Assembly (NCBI GenBank): GCA_016873895.1
Contig: VGVV01000002.1
Coordinates: 314,152-378,151, forward strand
Direction: 5' to 3'
Length of the DNA: 64,000 bases
Source: Ignavibacteria bacterium
GTDB taxonomy: Bacteria; Bacteroidota; Ignavibacteria; Kapaibacteriales; Kapaibacteriaceae
The notes beneath the pieces are model-generated. The model was not told the DNA's origin, ran no database searches, and saw only the letters and a list, made by a program, of their open reading frames with translations. The position numbers and the translations under genes are program-made. Positions 56,992-64,000 of the stretch are shown piece by piece. Within the stretch, counting starts at the first letter, position 1. Each line of letters starts with the position of its first letter.

Positions 56992-58194
56992 CTATTTACT
57001 TTCTGGTAGGGGATCAATAGACTGAACTTCAACGGTGCTGATCTCGGAGTTGCGACGAACCTGAACTATATCACCTGGCTGTAAATGCCCGTGCATCGGC
57101 AAAGGCAGGCCATTCTTTTCTACCACTGCATAGCCCCTTGCCAGGGGTGCCATTGGATGCAGTGTCTGACATCGCGATCGAAGGTGCTCGGTAGCAGACT
57201 CGCGCTTCTGAATAGACACCAGCATCGACCGTGTGAACCGCGTGCGCATGTCTTCTAGACGTGTAAGCCGCATAGCAATGCGCTCCTGCAGGCGCCGCAT
57301 TGCCCTTCCGTCGGCAAATGACTCTGCCATTTCCGTCAGCTCGTGCAATGTGTCGCGTAAGCGCGCTACAATTCGATCCGTTGTAATGTCGATGCCATAG
57401 AGAATATCCGAGGCTACCGTCGGAGTTGCTAACTCCGCTGCAGCAGTTGGTGTTGCTGCTCGTAGATCTGCTACAAAGTCTGCTATCGTAACATCGGTTT
57501 CGTGTCCAACGGCCGATATCACAGGAGTGTTACAGTTGTACATCGCATCGGCAACTTCGCGGGTATTGAATGCCCAAAGATCCTCAATAGAGCCTCCGCC
57601 ACGCCCAACGATGATGAGATCAACGTTGGCAGCATCGAGCTCATGGATAGCAGAAGCAATGTCATGTGCAGCACCATCACCCTGCACTAGAGTTTGACGG
57701 AACACCACAGAGACGACTGGGAATCTACGTTCAAGGGTAGTGAGCATATCACGTATAGCCGCGCCTGTTTGCGAAGTGGCAATACCAATGCGCATGGGCA
57801 TCGTTGGCAGCGCCTTCTTTCGTGAGACATCGAAATAGCCCTGCTGGGCCAGCTCGGCCTTGAGCCGCTCGAAGGCAACATAGAGATCGCCAACACCCTC
57901 GGGTTGCATAAACGCACATTCGAGCTGGTACTTACCCTGAGCTGCGTACACGGTAACCTTACCTTGGGCTACAACGCGCATGCCATCCTCTGGGCGAAAA
58001 CTCAGGGTTCTGCTGCGCCACATTGTGCAAGAAATTTGGCTGGATGCGTCCTTTAATGTGAAGTACCTGTGCCCCGATGTATGGTGCTTAAAATTGGATA
58101 TCTCGCCCACCACGCACACGTCTCCGATTCCCGATTCAACGGCGGATTTGATCGATTGTGTAAGCTGAGATACGCTTAGCGGTTCTTCTTGCAT
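56992..58194 (-). CDS. xseA: Exodeoxyribonuclease VII large subunit
   Basis: GEISNF..SGHRYFTLKD, RGGGSIEDLWAFN, SAVGHETD and RAATPTAAAE motifs; ATG at 58194. Confidence 0.96.
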   Translation of the reverse strand: MQEEPLSVSQLTQSIKSAVESGIGDVCVVGEISNFKHHTSGHRYFTLKDASSQISCTMWRSRTLSFRPEDGMRVVAQGKVTVYAAQGKYQLECAFMQPEGVGDLYVAFERLKAELAQQGYFDVSRKKALPTMPMRIGIATSQTGAAIRDMLTTLERRFPVVSVVFRQTLVQGDGAAHDIASAIHELDAANVDLIIVGRGGGSIEDLWAFNTREVADAMYNCNTPVISAVGHETDVTIADFVADLRAATPTAAAELATPTVASDILYGIDITTDRIVARLRDTLHELTEMAESFADGRAMRRLQERIAMRLTRLEDMRTRFTRSMLVSIQKRESATEHLRSRCQTLHPMAPLARGYAVVEKNGLPLPMHGHLQPGDIVQVRRNSEISTVEVQSIDPLPESK

Positions 58195-58236
58195 GAAACA
58201 AAGATCGGTAATCCCGCTTAACCGTAGATTTGCCAT

Positions 58237-58707
58237 ATGATAGGATTTGGATTTGATGTCCACCGTCTGGCCGAAGGCCAGTCGTTGGTTCTTGCAGGCG
58301 TTGATATTCCATCGCCAGTCGGTACCGTTGCCCATAGTGACGGAGACGTTGTACTTCATGCTCTTGTTGATGCACTGCTTGGTGCTGTAGCAATGGGAGA
58401 TATCGGCGAGCACTTCCCCGATACAGATCCGCAGTGGAAGGGGGCGGCAAGCTCGCACTTTGTAGAACACACAGTTGGTCTGTTAGACTCAAACGGCTAT
58501 CGCATCATCAACGTTGATTGCACCCTCGTTTTAGAGTCTCCGAAGATTCTGCCTTATAGAAACCAGATGAGGGAAAATATTGCTCAACTGTGCGGTTTGC
58601 CAGTTGAACGTGTAGCCGTGAAGGCCACAACCAGCGAACGTCTCGGATATGTTGGCAGAAAAGAGGGCGTCCACGCATTTGTTGCCTGCGAGGTCCAGCT
58701 AAAATGA
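58237..58707 (+). CDS. ispF: 2-C-methyl-D-erythritol 2,4-cyclodiphosphate synthase
   Basis: GFDVH, HSDGDV..H, GDIGEHFPDTD and KATTSE motifs. Confidence 0.96.
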   Translation: MIGFGFDVHRLAEGQSLVLAGVDIPSPVGTVAHSDGDVVLHALVDALLGAVAMGDIGEHFPDTDPQWKGAASSHFVEHTVGLLDSNGYRIINVDCTLVLESPKILPYRNQMRENIAQLCGLPVERVAVKATTSERLGYVGRKEGVHAFVACEVQLK

Positions 58708-60992
58708 TTCGTGGTTTGATCGCTGCGCTCATCGTTATAATCGGTGCTGGATTCTGCAGCGCCGAGGGCGGCGATCCTTATACCTATGTGCTGACGCGAA
58801 CGTTCGATGGCATGTTGCTGCAACATCCGCGAGATACGTCCCACGCTCTTCAGATATCAGCGCCTGCCATATGGAATGCCGGTGCCGATCGGGTATCAGT
58901 GATGGCCAACGGTGCGCTGCATCCAGCAAACAACATCAGCGGCGAAATCATCGGTGTTGCATACTGGGATCAGTCGGTTGTGGTTCTACATCGCCTGAAT
59001 GGTCGAGTGGTTGTATCACTCTATGATACGGGGCTTACAAGAAAGCTTACTCCTGATGTAGATCTGCCTGAAGTGCACGACTTAGACGATGGTGCTGTCC
59101 TGTTAACTGGCATATATGCACTTCCCAACAGCGGTGTTGCATATCTGCACGCTGGGCGATTTCTCTATCGCTTAGTCTTTGATAGCAACCAACTTCGTAA
59201 AACGTTTGTAGACAGGGATGTATCAGCAGTGCAGGCTGGTTCCTATGATGGAGGATGGGAGCTCACGTATCTGCATACATCGGGATTGTCGATGTTCGTT
59301 TCTATCATTGATAGTAGAGGCAACGTCGTAAACACAACGCTGGTTCCGTATGCTTTCTACAGTAAGCTTCAGCGGCAGGGGGCGACGATTGCCGTGATCT
59401 CGGACCTGGAGAGTTCTGGAAGTAGTGTTGTGTCGGTGCTAGACCGCAAGATGTTAGCAGTGCGTACACGAACGATCTCGATTCCGTCTGAACGTCTTGA
59501 ACTTGCAACAATCGATAGTCACGTTGTGGTAGTGGCACTGACCACACGAACTGGTAGGCCCGAACTTCTTGCAGTGCCAGTATATGAGCAATATGATCAG
59601 CTGCCGAGTGGTGAACTCATCAGTGGTGACTTTGGTACACCGCTCAGACTTACTGTGCAGCAGGATACGGCCTACATGCTCTTCTCAGGGGGCATGGTAG
59701 TAATGCTGCTGGACGGTAGCGTTCTTGCTCGAGATGCCTTTACTGTATCTGGAACAGCACACCGCATGTATGCCAGAGACAATGGGCAACTTGTCGTGGC
59801 AGAAGTTGGTAGAACAACGATTCAGCTTCAGCGCAAAGAGCAACCATTTTGGTTTCTTGTTCGCGGATATGATCTTGTGCTGCGATACGTTGTGCCGATG
59901 CTGTTTATAGGTGCACTGATCTTTGTGTGGGTTTTAAATCGTCGACAGCGAAGATTGCTTGATGGCATCATCGATTCGCCAGCGATGGGCCTTGTGTTCA
60001 CCGTTGATTCTAGCGGCAAGCTACTTCGAGTGAACGAACGCGCAGCCGGACTGCTAAGGATTACGCCCAATGTGCCCATGGGCAGGCACTTCCGCGCATA
60101 TATGCAGCAAGCGGGCCTAGAGCAACTCGTGCAGCATCTCGACACGATTAAACAATCTAGGCTGGAGCCGACCAAAAAAATTGCAATCCAGAGTGGTGAT
60201 GAATACCGTGAGTACATCTTCTCCACAACGCCTCTAATAGGTCTGTTCGGCTCAGCACGGGGCGCAATTGTGACGGGCATTGATATAACCGAGACGCTCG
60301 AGCAACGCAGACTCGTGAACTGGGCACAATTGGCCCATGATATGCAGACAAACCTATCAACCATACGGCTCAATGCTGAACAACTGCCCAATGTTCCTGG
60401 CGAGCCCCCTGCAGAGCGGCGTCGAAGGATACTATTCCAGGTAGGTGTACTCATCAATCGAGTGCGTGATTTGCTAACTATTGGCCGCACCGATGAACTG
60501 ATGCGTGTAGCGGTGCATAGTGCCGAGCTTTGTACTGAAATTCGACACGAGTTTGATAATGACATGTTTCCGCATGTAACCTTCTCGATGAAGCTGCGCG
60601 GAACAATGATGAATGTAGATCGGATGAAGATATCGCGTGCTGTGCGCAATGCTGTTGAGAATGCAATGAAGGCGTTGCGTGGCGAGCCAGGAACAATTGA
60701 AATAGCAACGTGGCACGATAGTTTGCATGTGTTTATCTCCGTTAGCGATTCTGGGGTTGGCATGGATCCCGACACGATGGCAAACATGATGAAGCCATAC
60801 TTTTCAACTACGCAAGATGGAACTGGCCACGGCATTGGTACGATGATTATGCACCACGTTATGAAACTTCATGGTGGTACAATACGAGTTACCAGTGAGC
60901 CAGGCAATGGAACGCAGGTGGTATTTCGCATTCCTCATGAAATGGATCCGAAGGACGTTTTGCGTCTTGCAACTATGAAGAAGCGCGCATGA
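58704..60992 (+). CDS. Membrane sensor histidine kinase (periplasmic beta-rich sensor, PAS-like, HisKA, HATPase)
   Basis: Signal/TM segments; LAHD H-box, NAVENA N-box, DSGVG, PYFSTT..GHGIG. Confidence 0.88.
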   Translation: MIRGLIAALIVIIGAGFCSAEGGDPYTYVLTRTFDGMLLQHPRDTSHALQISAPAIWNAGADRVSVMANGALHPANNISGEIIGVAYWDQSVVVLHRLNGRVVVSLYDTGLTRKLTPDVDLPEVHDLDDGAVLLTGIYALPNSGVAYLHAGRFLYRLVFDSNQLRKTFVDRDVSAVQAGSYDGGWELTYLHTSGLSMFVSIIDSRGNVVNTTLVPYAFYSKLQRQGATIAVISDLESSGSSVVSVLDRKMLAVRTRTISIPSERLELATIDSHVVVVALTTRTGRPELLAVPVYEQYDQLPSGELISGDFGTPLRLTVQQDTAYMLFSGGMVVMLLDGSVLARDAFTVSGTAHRMYARDNGQLVVAEVGRTTIQLQRKEQPFWFLVRGYDLVLRYVVPMLFIGALIFVWVLNRRQRRLLDGIIDSPAMGLVFTVDSSGKLLRVNERAAGLLRITPNVPMGRHFRAYMQQAGLEQLVQHLDTIKQSRLEPTKKIAIQSGDEYREYIFSTTPLIGLFGSARGAIVTGIDITETLEQRRLVNWAQLAHDMQTNLSTIRLNAEQLPNVPGEPPAERRRRILFQVGVLINRVRDLLTIGRTDELMRVAVHSAELCTEIRHEFDNDMFPHVTFSMKLRGTMMNVDRMKISRAVRNAVENAMKALRGEPGTIEIATWHDSLHVFISVSDSGVGMDPDTMANMMKPYFSTTQDGTGHGIGTMIMHHVMKLHGGTIRVTSEPGNGTQVVFRIPHEMDPKDVLRLATMKKRA

Positions 60993-61438
60993 ATAAGATT
61001 TCGCGGGAATTGATCCAAGGCAAGCGCCTGATGGCCCTAGATTATGGTGTTAGCAGAACAGGTGTTGCAGTCTGCGACGAAATGCACATCGTGGTTTCTC
61101 TGCGCCCGTTAATTAATACGGATGACATGGTTGTGTCGCGTGTTGTGGATCAAGCACTCAAAGAGGGAATCGGAGTGATAATTGTAGGCGTACCATTACA
61201 TCACGATGGCAGGGTTACGCCCATTATTGAGACCATACAGCATTTTGTTGCAGCACTTCGTGCATCTAGTCCTATCCCCGTGGTCACGGCAGACGAAGCA
61301 TTTTCTACCCAGGACGCCCGTGCAATGATGGTTCATTCTGGAATGAAAAAGAAGAAACGGCAAACCAAGGGTGTCAAAGATCAAGTAGCTGCTGCAGTGA
61401 TACTCAAGCGTGTTATCGACGAAGCATCAATGAGGTAG
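60989..61438 (+). CDS. ruvX: RuvX/YqgF pre-16S rRNA nuclease
   Basis: ALDYG..RTGVAVCD, IVGVP, DEAFST and DQVAAAVIL motifs. Confidence 0.92.
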   Translation: MNKISRELIQGKRLMALDYGVSRTGVAVCDEMHIVVSLRPLINTDDMVVSRVVDQALKEGIGVIIVGVPLHHDGRVTPIIETIQHFVAALRASSPIPVVTADEAFSTQDARAMMVHSGMKKKKRQTKGVKDQVAAAVILKRVIDEASMR

Positions 61439-61440
61439 AT

Positions 61441-62790
61441 ATGATGATCGTACGCACGGTGTTGGTGTTGATATCGTTGATCAGCGCTACAGCACTGTAC
61501 TCTCAGCAAAAGCGCAGCTCAAGTAAGAAACCACAAATGATCTATGGCGATGCATGCTATGCAGATGCAGTCGTCCTGCCGCATTCTGATAATGACAGCG
61601 CCTATGTAGACGTTCTGCTGCGATGTAATATGGCTTCACTTGTATTCTCGAAAGTGAATTCGTACACCGAAAATCGTGGCAATTATTATGCAGCATTAAA
61701 TCTCAGCATTGAGGCGCGCGATGCTATCGGCGTTGTTCGGCAGCGTGTTCGATACAGCGACACGGTTTTTATGGCGGCCTATGAAAATCTCGCAGACAGC
61801 ACATCTTATCACTATGGCTCTGTGAGACTTGCTCTAGCATCTGGCTCGTATACGATTGCAATAGATGAGTCATCGGGTTCGGCGAATATGTTTCAAAAGA
61901 TTATTCTCCCGAAAGTGAATATCCCGAAAGGAACACAAACGAACGGTGGCCAGATATCATGCACATTTGCTACAGCTATTTCCAAGGAGTATGACACTCT
62001 CGTTCCGATTGTTTTTAATGGCCAATTGCGCTTTCCCGTAGAACGTATCGCGATATTGGCAACGGTGCCGCGTCAGGAGTTTGCCACGTACGATGTCTGG
62101 ATACGCCAACAACCCTATCAGGACGATGACATACGGTGGTGGTCCGGCGTTACAATTCGCACTTCTGCTGCAGTTAGTGGCGTGCAGATCAAGCCGTTGA
62201 ACACTACTACGTATGTGGTTGACACGAGTGTCATCAACAGCAGGACATTGGTTATTCCCATTCTTGGAAATGAACTGGTTCCTGGACGTTATCTGCTTAC
62301 GATTGTTGCCGACGGTAAGCGTGACACGCTCCGGTACCCATTTACTGTGCAGTGGGAAAGCATGCCTTATGCACTTCGTTCGCTATCCTATGCGCTCGAA
62401 GTATTGGCCTATATATGTCCGGAAGAAACATTGGACAGCTTACAATCAGGTGATGATGCTTTGCAGCGAGAGAGCCTTATGGACTGGTGGCGCAAGCAGG
62501 ACCGCTCATATGGCACGGCTCACAACGAGCGCATGACAGAGTACTACCGCAGAGTAGATCGTGCATCGTATGACTACGCTACATTGAAGGAACAAGACGG
62601 TGCGTTTACAGATAGAGGCAAGGTGTACATCCTCTATGGGGCTCCTACCAAGGTCGAGCGGAAAAGTGATAAAACTGGTCAGGCTATTGAGACGTGGATC
62701 TACAATAACAGCGTCAAGACATTGTTTGTGTTTAACGCCGACAAGTCCGGTAGCTACAAGCTGATTACTGTTCAGCCATTGAAAAAGTAG
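61441..62790 (+). CDS. GWxTD domain-containing secreted protein
   Basis: WW..D...NE..EYYRRV..A...DGAFTDRGKVYILYGAP..ETWIY pattern (GWxTD read as GAFTD). Confidence 0.8.
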   Translation: MMIVRTVLVLISLISATALYSQQKRSSSKKPQMIYGDACYADAVVLPHSDNDSAYVDVLLRCNMASLVFSKVNSYTENRGNYYAALNLSIEARDAIGVVRQRVRYSDTVFMAAYENLADSTSYHYGSVRLALASGSYTIAIDESSGSANMFQKIILPKVNIPKGTQTNGGQISCTFATAISKEYDTLVPIVFNGQLRFPVERIAILATVPRQEFATYDVWIRQQPYQDDDIRWWSGVTIRTSAAVSGVQIKPLNTTTYVVDTSVINSRTLVIPILGNELVPGRYLLTIVADGKRDTLRYPFTVQWESMPYALRSLSYALEVLAYICPEETLDSLQSGDDALQRESLMDWWRKQDRSYGTAHNERMTEYYRRVDRASYDYATLKEQDGAFTDRGKVYILYGAPTKVERKSDKTGQAIETWIYNNSVKTLFVFNADKSGSYKLITVQPLKK

Positions 62791-63195
62791 TTAGCGTGGT
62801 TCCCATCCCTCGCCTTCGCACGGCGGAGTATCTGCATGCACAACATGCGCATCTAAAAGTGAGCACAGCTGATTTGTAGGATTGAAATGACGGCAAGCGC
62901 CACACAGCGAACCGTCTTCGATCTGCGCAACAGACTCGTTAAAGCGCTGATATTGAAGCCATGCAGGGTATATACCGATACCCCATATGCTTATCATGGC
63001 GAACCACCATGTAACATTAGTGCTGGCATACTTGCTAAGAACCATCGAAGCTAGACCTAGGAGTACTACCCGAATCATAGCAGCTGAAACAATAGAGCCG
63101 GTCGTATAATACGGACGGTCCTTTGTATCAGACGGGGGATTCATTCGCAGAAGTAAAAGGTCTACAAAACGATCGTCGCGATCACTCGATGGCAT
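62791..63195 (-). CDS. Hypothetical membrane protein with C-terminal Cys cluster
   Basis: Two TM helices; CGACRHF..C..C motif suggests metal binding. Confidence 0.6.
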   Translation of the reverse strand: MPSSDRDDRFVDLLLLRMNPPSDTKDRPYYTTGSIVSAAMIRVVLLGLASMVLSKYASTNVTWWFAMISIWGIGIYPAWLQYQRFNESVAQIEDGSLCGACRHFNPTNQLCSLLDAHVVHADTPPCEGEGWEPR

Positions 63196-63197
63196 AC

Positions 63198-64000
63198 TTA
63201 TGTTTCCCTTCTGGCATATGCTCGCCCCTTCCATTGTGATCCATTCCGCGAGTAGGCCCAGCGTATTGAGTTAATGCAGATTGCTATGCACCAGAGCGCT
63301 GTAACCGGCTGAATCGCTGCGTGCCATGATGGCATCGAAAAGCGCTTTGCAACGGTGTATCTCATGGACAACGTTGCTAGAATAACAAACAACAACATTG
63401 CTGCATCCAAGGGTCTGCCCTCTACAATTGAGTATACCAACATTGCCGGCGGCATCACATATAGTGCGAGCTGCAAAACAATAAACCCAATCATGAGCAG
63501 TGGATTATACTTCATCGCTGCGAAGAGATTCTTAGAGAAGCCTTTTGTTACCTCCTCTGCAGAGGTGTACATATGGCAGTCTACGGCATCAGTTCCATCA
63601 ACGAGTGCAAACGCAATGCCGTCATGCGCTGCGGCTTTGGCCAGGAAGACGTCTTCGACGAGAGAATATCGTACGCGCTGGTGTCCGCCTATAGCAGAGT
63701 AGCCCCTTGCAGTGAAAGCAATAAACTGCCCGATAGCCGCCGAAGGCGTGGTGTTGTGCTTTCCAATGCGTCTAATGTTGAGCATTGTGGCAAAGAATAT
63801 CATGTGTACGATTGGAATAACAGCATGTTCGGCAAATGACTTCATTGTCTGAAGCGGAATGAGTGAGAGCATGTCTAGGTTATTGTCTTTCATCGAGGCT
63901 ACAGCCCTTGCCAGCGTATCGGGCTGGTGCACGGTGTCGGCATCGGTAAAGACAAGCACATCTCCTGTTGCATGCAGCGAGAGATTGTGGCAGGCCCATG
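63198..64000 (-). CDS. Family 2 glycosyltransferase, carotenoid glycosyltransferase-like (5' end beyond window)
   Basis: WACH..GDVLVFTDAD, GQF, IGGH..VEDVFLA and MY..GFSKN motifs; C-terminal TMs ending WKGR. Confidence 0.75.
   Translation of the reverse strand, partial: WACHNLSLHATGDVLVFTDADTVHQPDTLARAVASMKDNNLDMLSLIPLQTMKSFAEHAVIPIVHMIFFATMLNIRRIGKHNTTPSAAIGQFIAFTARGYSAIGGHQRVRYSLVEDVFLAKAAAHDGIAFALVDGTDAVDCHMYTSAEEVTKGFSKNLFAAMKYNPLLMIGFIVLQLALYVMPPAMLVYSIVEGRPLDAAMLLFVILATLSMRYTVAKRFSMPSWHAAIQPVTALWCIAICINSIRWAYSRNGSQWKGRAYARRET

Noticed and set aside
59828-60835. 335-aa antisense ORF
   Set aside because: Lies wholly opposite the histidine kinase and has no recognisable motifs; treated as a shadow ORF like the many shorter ones in the track.

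Overview
Mostly housekeeping chromosomal segment of an FCB-group bacterium, most likely Chlorobi/Ignavibacteria/Candidatus Kapabacteria-like. This is inferred from the LpxC-FabZ fusion, a T9SS-type C-terminal sorting domain, TAnnTT(T/C)G promoters, the pheT-zapA-6S-rny and uppS-bamA-skp-skp-lpxD-lpxC/fabZ-lpxA clusters, and GWxTD and DUF494 genes. The window holds about 55 CDS, tRNA-Arg(CCT), tRNA-fMet(CAT), a probable 6S RNA and a 31-aa bS22/COX24-like ORF missed by the ORF track. No integrase, transposase, CRISPR array or rRNA is visible. The most notable items are: (1) a translationally coupled pair of redox enzymes that each carry a cyclic-nucleotide-binding domain (cNMP-acylating aldehyde dehydrogenase and NDH-2-cNMP, 26044-29498); (2) a three-gene surface module (signal-peptide tail-fibre-like repeat protein, T9SS-CTD protein, His-rich beta-barrel, 4382-7981) followed by a decayed, deletion-fused second copy (2347-4114); (3) a DnaA-box cluster (candidate oriC) at about 8030-8284; (4) an intact-looking 3' half of clpB; (5) three different heptamer tandem arrays, two with inverted arms upstream of tRNAs. 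All family assignments come from motif recognition by eye; no database search was run.
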